Shown here: positions 39,920 through 51,200 of the stretch, one piece after another
Numbering within the stretch: position 1 is the stretch's first letter
How the letters are laid out: each line of letters starts with the position of its first letter
From: Antedon mediterranea
Taxonomy: Eukaryota; Animalia; Echinodermata
Length of the DNA stretch: 64,000 nt
Direction of reading: 5' to 3'
Assembly: GCF_964355755.1 (NCBI RefSeq)
Contig: NC_092677.1
Location: 14,034,101-14,098,100, forward strand
Made by a program: the position numbers and the translations under genes
The notes under the pieces: model-generated
What the model was told of the DNA's origin: nothing
The model's input: the letters and a program-made list of their open reading frames with translations, nothing else
The model's database searches: none

Positions 39920-42900
39920 TTCTCATTTGAAAATGAACAAATGCGAAAAAAGTTAAAAAAACTACGAAAAAACAACAAAAATCTTGAAAGAGAGTTGAAG
40001 GAAATTGAAGAACAAAGCAAAGTTGAGAAGCTCCTTCAAAGTTATATCACCACAAGAGAGTAAGTCTGTGTTTAATAATTATAAATAGATCAAAAATGTC
40101 TGTGTGGCATCTTCATCATTTTGAAGTCTTTGTGTATTTCATTACTTTCATATTTTCATTTGGCTTTATTGATGGGAAACTTTTGTACACAACCAGAAAA
40201 ATTATTGTATTTAGTCTTTATGTGTTACAGTCAACTCTCCCAATACCGGACACCTTTGGGCCGGCCAAATAAGTCTGGTTTTCCGGAAAGTCTGGTATTC
40301 GGAATGTGTTTTTAATGGTAAATATAAATTTGGGACCTTTTGGTCCTCAAAAAAAGTCTGGTATTGGGAGAGTTTCTGGTTTTCAGAGAGTCCGGTATTG
40401 GGAGAGTTGACTGTACTATAGTACTGTATACAAAAACTATACTTATCAATTGAATAATAATAGGTCAGAGGTCACAGTTACACAGACACAATACAGTACA
40501 ACTTTGTCTAAAAGCCAAGAACTTTATTGACATAGAATAAAATCCATACTAAATCTCACTGGGTGTTCCATACCTCTTTCCTGTAAGTAACATAAGTAAT
40601 TTATTTTCAAATCAGAAAAATAATAGTCAACAGGAAATCCACAATTGAATTCATTGTGGTCAATGCGGTTTTGCTGCTGGGGGAGGGGGAGAGGGGTACT
40701 GCCTAAATAACTATAAAACATTTACTGTTTTACTAAATAAACCAATTCCCAAAACAAACCTAGCATACAGTATAATATTAATAATAGTGTTGAAAATAAA
40801 AGTTCTTTATATTACAAACCATAAATGATTACAATTTTAGATAAAATTAATTCAGTTAAATTGTAATTTTCTTAATAGTAAAATGTCCTAATTCTATCTA
40901 AATAATATTTTTAAATGACCGTCACTTTTGGTTCTTAAAATGAAAAAAAAAATCCATTTCTTTTATGGTTTTAGTTAACGTATCTGTGACGAGTTGTACA
41001 GTTTTAAAGCTCATCTTTACGATTATAATTTTTAATATCTTTATACATTTTCATGACGTTGCTGTATTCAAGAGAGATCGTGTGGTTGATGTCTGTAGCT
41101 ATTAGTATATAACCCTGAAAAATAAAAGACACATTTGTTATTATCACCATTGCAGCTGTCATTGTGTCCATTATCACTGATTACTATCATTACCTCTACC
41201 ATAATTTTGCACGATTTAAAAAAAACATTTTATTCTCACCTTTCCAAAACTGATTTCTGGTTTCACCAGCTCAATTCCTGGAAAAATTGGTATTGGAAGC
41301 CCCTCTGCAGCTTTTTCTAGAAAAAAAACACCCCAAATACTTTCAATGAAAAATACTTAATGCAATCGAATATACAATGTTTCCATCACAAAAAAAGCCG
41401 CTAAATAATTGCATAAACAGGTTAAAGGGTTTAAAAAAATGTAGTTTACTACATGCAGTACTACAGTAGAATCATTTTGACATGGTCGTTTGAGGGCAAA
41501 TAATGTAAAAATTTGTGATTAAATGAAATACTGTAGCAATACTCACCATTTACTTTTGGAATTATCGTGCCAAAAAGCGTATCCATCACTTTGTCTAATT
41601 TCTTAACCTAAATAGGATAGAATAAAATAATATTCAGTTTAGAATATTCACTTTTGATATCCAAACAAATTTGAATTCACAACAATTTTTTTTCAATAAT
41701 CTGACTTACATTTGCACTTATTTCGCCTAATTTTTCGGCAGATTCGGCAAACTTGAAACTAGACCTAATTTACAAAATAAGAAATATAAATATCAGACAC
41801 AAGTTCACATTGTTACAAAAAGTGTAATATTGCAAAGAAGAGAAAACAATTTCTATTATTTGTATGAAACTCTACATAAAGTGAACTTCATAATCTGTTA
41901 TTAGTAATTTATTGATAGTCACATATTCACACACGTTACTTACGAATCAAGAGTAAAGCTTCCAGTTATTGCATTTTTCTTTGTATTCACACTGACAGAA
42001 GCTGATAAACTCATACTCTACAGAAGCAATTTAAAATCATTAGTTTACAAGCTATAGGTCTTGTTCACACTATAGTGATTGTACTTGTATTCACACTGAC
42101 AGAAGCTGATAGACTCATACTCTACAGAAGCAATTTAAAATCATTAGTTTACAAGCTATAGGTCTTGTTCACACTATAGTGATTGTACTTGTATTTACAC
42201 TGACAGGATGATTGATAGACTCGTACTCTATAGGAGCAATTTAAAATGATTCATTTCTAAGCTACAGTATACTGTAGGTCTGGTTCACTAAGTTTGATCT
42301 GAAAGTGGTATTGGATGCTAGATTTTGATTACAATAACTTTACACTATTTTCTCCAGAATAGACCAATTTTATATATATAGAAAATACAGTAATCTACAT
42401 ACCACAGACAGTGAGAAGACGAATGCTGCTTCCTTGTTTTCTTGAGTGACGTAAAAGTTGAGTAGTCCAACCAAGCTACATTTCAGACCTTCGGTGGTCA
42501 TATTGAGGACAGGTGGACTGGTCACTTCAAAATTAGCGACCATATCCAAATTGGGATATTCTTTTTCAATCTGTGAACAAACAATGTACTCTGTGTAAAC
42601 TATTTGATGATACATTTTATTTCTGTATACATTTTATTTCTGTATACAGGTATAACAAACAAAACAAATACTGTACAAAAAACCAAGGTCATAAGCAGTT
42701 TTACAAAGTACCTAGGCAAACACTAACCTGTGGAATTGTCTTGTTGAACGGATACTTTGAAGTATTCAATGAAAATTTACTTGGAACCTGTGTAATACAT
42801 TTGCAAAATAAAAAATTATGTTGTAAGAGCGTGTGGTGTGTTGAACGCTGGATTCCCAATCGTGAGGACGTGGTTCGAATCCAACTCTCGCCGCATTGAT

Positions 42901-45900
42901 TGTATCCTTAGGCAAGGCACTTTACTTACCTCTCTCCACATAAAATGGGTATTCAGTTAACTTAAACTTTGCGCTGAAATACTAGCTGCATTATGGGAGT
43001 ATGTTTCCATACGTGTTTGATGACCGGGGTAATAATGCTTTTAAAGCGCCTTTAAAACATGATTACTTTTGAAAAGGGTGCTATATAAATGTGGTATTAT
43101 TATTACCATGTCATTAGTAATGAGATATTCCATAACTCCTGCTTTGAAATAGACATTTGCTGCGGAAGCAACTCTATACTCGGTCAGCCACAGATATATC
43201 ATTCGAGATGTTTCCGTATGAGCTGGAATCTCGGGGTTGGGTACAGAAACATTCTGCTGGTCCTTTCGAGACAGAATTTCTCCCTGAAATAAATTGTTTT
43301 TAATTTAAGATTTTACGGTTTTTCTAGATCGCTGTTTATTTCATTCACAAAATTGTCATGGTTTATCTGTGGTCTGTGAAAGTCTTTCTTCAGAGAAGCA
43401 TCTGTTTAGAAATTGAATTTTGTACCTTGTGTAAACTTTGAAATGCTTGTTCAGAAAACTTGGGAGCTGACACAAGGGATAAGTCCGCATAAGCATATTC
43501 ATCAATATTGAATACCACTGAAAATAAATAGAAAATACTAAATACGACCATTCAGTTTGTGTGTATGTACTGTAGATATACATAGGGTTGACTTCACTGA
43601 TGCTTATCCCAACTAGAAAAATGTAATCTTTAAAGTATGTAGTGAGCATCACCATATTTTGTAAGTAATGCAAAATGATGCAGTGTAGGACCGACCAAAA
43701 AATTGCATTATGGTTCAAACAATTTGTGGGACAGCCACGTTGTCATTGTAGGGTAATCAAAATGACTACATACTAAAGAAATACAATTTTACTTTACATT
43801 TGGTATCCATTGCACTTTGTAACATTCCATTCACCCCTGTAACAATTTTATGACACATCTTAAACCAATAAATAGAAAATATGTTTCTTTCATTATCTGA
43901 CAAAATCATTATAAATATAATAAGGCTTAATTTTCAGTAACTTTATTTGAGCTATTAATTTAATTAAATTTGATTGAATATACCCAAGTTAAACTATACA
44001 ATGGCTTTTAGAAAAACTTTTGAAAAAACAAAAACTTTTACCTCATTCAACTGTGAACGCATTTTATTTCTAATTTGACTTTTAATATCATCGACATACA
44101 TGCCAACCATCGTACTAAAAATTGAGAAAAAATGAATGTTTTAGCTCCAAATAAAATAGTGAACTGTTTGTGTTTCATTTTAAAAAAACAAACAAATTGA
44201 AAACAAAAGTCCTTCCGATAAATAATTACAAAGTAAAATACATTAAAAAATGATATCTCGCATATGTACATACTATATATACTTACCCAGCACCATAAAT
44301 GCCTACATGTATTGGTCCATAGTTAGACACGCATTGTCTGCTGGAAGTTGATATTACAAATTGACCATTCTTCTCACCTACATAAATAAAAAAGTACTTT
44401 ATTCATGAAATATTTTCACCATTTAACTTATAAACATGCATTATATGTGTATTGTATATAACATTCTTACCAACTCCAATAACAAGAGATAGTTCAATTG
44501 ATGAAACACTGATATCAAGAGACCCGGAATCACTGAAGCCAAATCTGATATATCAACAGAAAAACAGAAATATTACAGTATATGGACATTTGCACATAAA
44601 TAGAATAATTGACATTAAATGTTATTTAGTAGGAATGAATAAATGAAGTTAGTGTTACATTGAAACATGAAGATTGATAAATCAGACTTTTTGTAATTTT
44701 AATAAAGTTAATCACTTCCATCAAATTGTTTCAATTATAAAAAGACTGAATTCAACCTAAAAAACCTATTAGCTGGCAGCCAATTTGACCACTTTTTGCT
44801 TTAAATTACAGTTTTTTCGAGTAAATATTAATAATTTTTGTTTGCAATACAATTTTTTGTCAAAGTGAATACTGTACCTATATTATGGGACATTAATATG
44901 GCATATTCATATTGGAAAATATATCTTTAGTGCTATATCATACTTACAAACCAGACCTATAATAACTCCATGAACCATCAATTTCAAACCTGGCATTAGA
45001 AATCCTAACCTTCATTCCATTATCTGGTACACTAGGACTGATGGTAAAATGTGGTAGAGCCAAACTGCTTACTCTCAAACTATAATAATATGTAATAACA
45101 TATGAAACTTATAGGTTTCCTCCAGGTTTTCCTCCACCCCTAAAGTTGGCCCAATTTTGTGTTCTAGTTGGGTGGGATTATACCAGAGTATATACGGAAT
45201 ATATTTTCAGGGAACAATATGTTCTGAGAACCATGAATTAGTCAAGTCAAGAATAAGTATAAGTAAAGACTTATGGCATTGGCAGTTAATTAACAAATAA
45301 ATAAAGTGAAATTTTACATACTTTTTTACTGTGAATCCAGAACTAGAAGAACTAGGCAGTGTAAAATAATTTAAATTTTTTTTCACCAATTCTACTCCCA
45401 ATTTTGCTAACTGAAAGTATTAAGATGTAAATACAGTAGTTATATTTCATTTCATTCATAAAATACAATAATTTCCTGTTGAAAGGCATTTAGTCTATGG
45501 TTGGGGTTTCTAATTTGGAATAAATACATCACAGCTTACCATATTCAAGTCCCTTTTTAGTTACTTTCATTTGTAAACCTGGATTTGTGCTGTTGACCAT
45601 CACCATGCCACTAAACACCACCACTCCAACCACCCACAGCAACAGGCGATCCATTTCCACCAGTGTTTATTTCTTGAACCAGAGAGGATAATGTTGACTG
45701 GTCTACTACAAAATTGTTCTGTGCTTTTGCGCGGATCAAGTCCGTTTTTATATGGTGCCTGAATAAACAACAATGTTTGATGTGCATACATGAATTAGGA
45801 TAGACAATAATCAATAATTGGAAAATCACACCCTTTTTAGAGTTTGTTTTGATTGCTTTTGAAATTCACAAAACACAGTACAGCACATCAGTATATTGAT

Positions 45901-47764
45901 TTTTTAAATCATGCATAAGGTTTTCCAGGAATTGTAGCATTCACACGCTGGATGAAAATGATGTTGTTTTGACTAGTTATTATCACTTGTCACGCAATGT
46001 GAAATTTAACTCCATGAATCCATCTTTGAACAAAAGGCTAGCACCTACAGTTATACACCTTTGTTTTGGCTAACTACACTGTTGTTGAGTGTCAAACCCT
46101 GGTGTCAAACACATCACTTTTTAGGTAACATTTATGTATTAAATAAATAAATATAGTGTTGATTCAATAATGTCATTTGTTTCATTTTATAGTTGTTCAA
46201 CACAAACTGAAAAAACAGGTCGTGTACCTCTGCGATTGACCACAACAAAAAAGATCAAGAAAGAGGAAAAAGAGGATGAAAGTACTAATAGGTAAATAAA
46301 TAAGGACCTTGAAAATAATTTTGATTTTTCTCCAGCAATTCTACTCCAACTCTTCTGGCCATTTGTTAATTTGTAATGTTTTTGTTTCCTTAAATCAGGC
46401 TATTATCTTTACACGATATATTAATGCGACGCTATGAAAAAGAAGTAAGAACAAATACACAGCATATGGAAACAATATCTTCACTTATGGTAATTGTAAA
46501 AGTATTTCTTTAGAAACTTTGTTGTAATTGCTGACTCTTATGGCAGCCCCTGCATCTAGTATCTGCCTTTCCTCTGGTGAAGGTGGGCACTGGACGAGAG
46601 AATCCCTTGATCAATGTTAGGACCAATCAAGGTGCTTTAAACAGTCCTGGCTTTGTTTGTATAAAAAAAAAAATTATTGCAATTGGTTTCGATTGAATAA
46701 AAAAAAAAATGCCATTTTTTTTTAAATAGTTAAGAAAATTATTAATGGTAGTTTTCTTTTTAGATAAAAATCAATGAACTAGAACAAGAATTGTTGAAGG
46801 CTCAACAACAAAATAGAATTAGAGACAGGAACACACCAACACCGAAAAAAAGACGAAGAAGGAAACTGGATGATTCACTTGGTAACATTCGTTCAAACTA
46901 GTTTGACAAAAAAAGTGCCCAAATATGGTGGTGATATGCCCAAATATGGTAGTGATATGACAACATCATGTCCATATAGGAGCACATCACATTTTTTTGT
47001 CACATAAATTTGATAGTGTAGATGGACTTTATTCTCAACCTTTCTATTTTGCATAGAAGATATATAAATTTAATTTCACCTTATTTTTTAGACCTCAGAA
47101 CTGAGTTACAGAAGATAAAAAAGGATAGAGATCAAATTCTAAAACAGAAAAAGAAGTTGTCATCTGAACTGAAAGGGCTCGATGAGGTGAACATCATTTA
47201 TTTAAGAGTAATGTTTGATAATAAGTAGCAGAACAGAATAGTTCCAATGTTTAGAAAAGCTGTCACTAAAATAAAATATTGATTATCATATTGACCCTGG
47301 GATTAATTTCTGAATATTATCTGTTCTAAACTGCTTTAATATTCAATTGATATCTATATAGTATTGAATTGCATTGATTTTGATAATGAAATATGCTTTA
47401 AAGCTCTGTCTACACATCAAACTTTGTGACAAAAAAATGTGATGTGACATGGTGTTATATCACTACCGTAATTGGGCATATTACTACCATATTTGGGCAC
47501 ATCCAATTTTTTTGTCAAACTAGTTTGATAGTGTAGACAGAGCTTAAGGACTTTAATTTTAACTTGAAGGGTTTCTTCGAAGAAATAGAAGACTTGAAGT
47601 TTGCATTGCAAGAATCTGCCAAACTGAACAAGGAGTATGAAAAGGCTTTAGAGAAAATATGCACGCAATTCGGTGTTCCACTGCCGTTGCACAATAAAAC
47701 GTCTTCCAAATCACCGTACAAGAGAACAAGTACAAGAGCGAGTCATCGACCTGGTTCATGTTGA
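39920..47764 (+). CDS. Small coiled-coil protein with a CEP290-like C-terminal motif (start codon uncertain). Exons 39920-40059, 46193-46291, 46399-46489, 46764-46881, 47092-47186, 47570-47764
   Basis: Phase-compatible GT-AG exons give an open heptad-rich frame with an NLS-like PKKRRRRK, ending LKGLDEGFFEEIEDLKFALQESAKLNKEYEKALEKICTQFGVP. Confidence 0.8.
40228..40413. mobile_element. Tc1/mariner/pogo-type MITE (186 bp)
   Basis: TIRs cagtcaactctcccaataccgga / tccggtattgggagagttgactg, flanked by TA on both sides. Confidence 0.85.
41004..45654 (-). CDS. LBP/BPI (TULIP) family lipid-binding protein with signal peptide and C-terminal KDEL, about 16 exons, nested in an intron of the coiled-coil gene
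   Basis: MDRLLLWVVGVVVFSGMVMVNSTNPGLQMKVTKKGLEY (45654-45540), DSGSLDISV, YADLSLVSAP, HKGEI, RMIYLWLTEY, IPQIEKEYPN, GLPIPIFPGIELVKPEI; last exon 41114-41004 is GYILIATDI...NRKDEL*. Confidence 0.9.
41981..42290. repeat. Three tandem 104-bp units spanning an intron/exon boundary of the LBP/BPI gene
   Basis: Units start at 41981, 42085 and 42189 (ttgtatt(c/t)acactgacag...). Confidence 0.9.
42825..43100 (+). mobile_element. tRNA-derived SINE (Nin/Deu-type core); partial reverse copy at about 50250-50420
   Basis: B-box ggttcgaatcc near 42872, tccttaggcaaggcacttta core, and a 3' region shared with the second copy (gctgcattatgggagtatgtttcc...gaccggggtaataat). Confidence 0.7.
46895..47022. mobile_element. 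Short Harbinger-like MITE family, copy 1 (partial)
   Basis: Core caaatatggtagtgatatg...tttgatagtgtaga is shared with the copies at 47402, 57194 and 58977. Confidence 0.7.
47402..47544. mobile_element. Short Harbinger-like MITE family, copy 2 (inverted relative to copy 1)
   Basis: TIRs agctctgtctacac / gtgtagacagagct in a TAA/TTA context. Confidence 0.75.
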
Positions 47765-48291
47765 AGGTGCGAGATCTAGAGCTAGGCCTTTGTCACCTCA
47801 GTATGTTAACAACTACAGTACCCGATATGATTAAGCGCTATAAAACTGTTAATGACTAGTTTTTGAATGTTGGTTGCAAGGATGACCTAATAAACAATTG
47901 TTATTAATATTTCACTTTCAAAAGCTGTATTCGATTCATAAACATTTTACCAAATACCAATTCTATTACTTTAGCATTAACATAGTTCTTTTATGTTATG
48001 AGAATCCACGTTTGTGGCAGATTTGTAATTTAAGTCAGTATCTCTTTTGTATATTTGGAAGTCTACCAAATGTCTAATTCAATTTTGCAATAAAATGTAA
48101 CCTACTGTACTTTTTTTATTTTATTCACAGTTTGATTAGAAATGATTCAGTACTGTAGAAATTGAAATTTACTCTGAAATTCTATATTTTCACATCTTGA
48201 AAATATTTACTTACTTATTTCAACAACAAGATGTTTATTCCTCTGGAGTCTGATTTTATAAATAGAAAAAAAATGTAGCTAAACATATGAA

Positions 48292-51200
48292 TCATGGTTG
48301 GGTTACTGTTACTGTCGAATCTTCACAAGTATTTTGAGGTAGTTTAGCTATTTTAATCTTCTCTTCCTCAAACATTTCACCTAAAATAGACAATCTTGAA
48401 TGGAATGGTCTTGCAGAGCAATTATAAACAGTAGATAAACTATCATGTTTATCGCTATTTGCATATTGTTCTAAAAAATGTAATCTTTTTTTATTGTTTT
48501 TAAATACTTTAAATGCAAGTTCTATTTCATCTTGTGCTGGTTGTTTTTTACAGCAATCAAGGGCGCCGATGTCTATGGGATGCGCTTCTGTGTTGAAGAT
48601 GTACCCGCCCGCATTCACTACGCACGTTCCATGGTTAGTTTGTACGACGTCTCCACTCCCGCCCGTTCGATGAATTTTGTTATCTTCGTCAAATAAAAGG
48701 TATAGATATTTTGTTGTTTCCGAGAGGAAGAAGGATTCCATACGATTATCAAGTTTATGAGTTCGGACATCTTTTATCTGCAAAAAAAAAGACATTTTTC
48801 ATGACTTGCTTTGGTTTAAATAAAAAATTAACAAAAGGAACATTTGTAATGGTACTTACTGAAGTATATCCGCAACTAGTTTTAGCTACTTTCTCTATTG
48901 ATTCTAACATATCTCGACCCATTCGCAGCAGAAATGGGTCCTTGGTTGCACGGTATAGGTACATGATGCTCTCTGCAAGTTCTGTGAAATGAATCCAAAC
49001 AGGATAAATCAAAATGTAAAGATGCTTGCATATACAGTTGAACCTCCCGTAGGTGGCTGCTTACAGGAGATGACCTTTCATTTATTATTAGTTTCAAGAA
49101 TAAGAAAAAAACAACACACAAGCTATGCTAAAGTACAATATTAAAAAGATGATATTTGAAACATATTGCTAGCTACTATTGCTACTGCAAAATTGGGGTT
49201 GTAAATATTTTGCTTAATCTCACTTTGTTTTTTTTCTTTTTCTGTCTCAAAATGTCATTTTTTGTTAATGTAATGCGTCCGTTTATGTTTATGCTTAGGA
49301 CTGCAAAGACAAGCCACTTTGGTTTCTGTGTATCTTAACCCATAAACTATGTAAACTGTTGAATATTGAATAAATGTATGTACTATGAGGTAGAGACAGG
49401 ATTCCTAAAAAGTGAAATTAATCACTGTCTAGTCTCCTAATTGCACTAATTTGATAAAAACACATAGAATGTTTTGTAAACATATGTATAAACAAAGATA
49501 ATAAAAGGAGAAGATACAACAGTTCCGTTGGCGGTGTAAACCACATCCGGGTTACTATTTGCCTATGCCTGAAGGTGGCGCACTTCTTTTTCGCTAGAAG
49601 AAGTGCGCCACCTTCAGGCGTGGGTAAGGTAAAACTTTTATTGTAAATATCTATAAAAATGCAAAAACGATGATTATTTATCAAAATGTTTATTTATCAA
49701 AATGATTATCTAAAATATTAATAATTTCAAAATTAGTAAAGCACAGACGCGAGAACATCAGATCATCACGATCCATCCAAACGTAGGATTAGACGGGAAC
49801 CATATCTAGAGCCCGCCGTCGTTCGGCTGCTGGATTCTTACGCGTCCATGAAAGCACGTCCGCGTTTCCTATCCTTCTATATATAACAGCGCGTACTGTT
49901 GATTCTTAACCTATTTATATTCTTTGGTATAAATTGTCAATGCTACATTATTCAACCCCCTCGCAAATTTAAGCGATTGCATATGTAGTAACTTACATCT
50001 TTATAGATCTATATATTCATTTTCATTTATAAAACCTTACCTGGTCTGAGTGGGTATCCATATCGTTTATCCACAACTTTACCGTGAATAATATTGTAAA
50101 ATTCTGGAAGAAAACCCAACTGCTGCCAGACTTGGTAATAATTATGTAATGACTTCATTGCATCATCAATTTTGCCAACCATGCTCTGAAATAAATGAAT
50201 TAAAAATAATATTCAATAATATAATATCTTAGATTTATAAATTGCGTAAAGTTGTGAAATCTCCAAGCACTATATATAATATTATTACCCCGGTCATTTT
50301 TTTAATCAAAATGCATATGGAAACATACTCCCATAATGCAGCTAATAATCAGCACAAAGTTTTGTCTTGACCTTACCAGGTATCCATTTGTTCACATGGG
50401 TGGAGATAGGCAAAAATAAGTGAAGTGTCTTTTTGAAAATTCTTTTTATGTTGTGTTATTATTATGTTCGATATTATTCAATTATTTATTATACAAGCAA
50501 TGTCACGGTCATTATAGCCCTTACGATGATCCATTTATACATACATAAATTTGACCCATACTATATCATGTTAGATCTCAAATCTTCGCCTATCCATCGT
50601 TTCCCTGTTCTTTGGTCTTCTCTTCCTTCCCCTCTCTCTCAAAGACTCGTCTGTCCTTTCTTCTCTTCATGTTTTCCTCAGACAGTTAAAACAACATTTT
50701 ACTGAATCTTAAATCGACTCTGGTGTGCTTTCTTTTTCTTTTTCCTCTTTTTCTTGTTTTTAAATGTATTTTGAACTGTATTGATTTTAAATTTCATATA
50801 GTTAAGTTCTTCTGGTGACTCTGTTGCTTTTGGGGTCCCAGGATAATAATAAATAAATGAGAAACAATCCATATTGAATATTACCCGTTTGGGTGCTAGA
50901 ATCTTTGTTACCACCCTTACCTGTAACCCTGGCCAAAAGGCCTCCAATGACTGGAATACAGGGGCTGTCATTGTTCCTTTGTTCATGTTCACCCACATAT
51001 ACCAATCATCTTTCTTTATAAAAGTTTCAATCACTTTTTCGTATTCTGAAAAATGACAAAAATTACAATAATTTAACATCGGCAAGGGTTCAAGGCTCAC
51101 TCACTCCATGGTTCTGGTGGTAGAACAAGTCTTCTCGGATAAGGACTATAAACTGTAGGTCCAGTGTACACATCTAGCTTATGTGCACTTTAATAAACCT

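Noticed and set aside
41981-42290. CRISPR-like array
   Set aside because: Eukaryotic context, and the tandem units have no unique spacers.
42825-42900. tRNA gene
   Set aside because: A B-box is present but there is no full cloverleaf, and it continues into a SINE body.
45600-45829. Trp/Cys-rich short ORFs (KHWWKWIACCCGW)
   Set aside because: Off-frame reading of the LBP/BPI signal-peptide exon.
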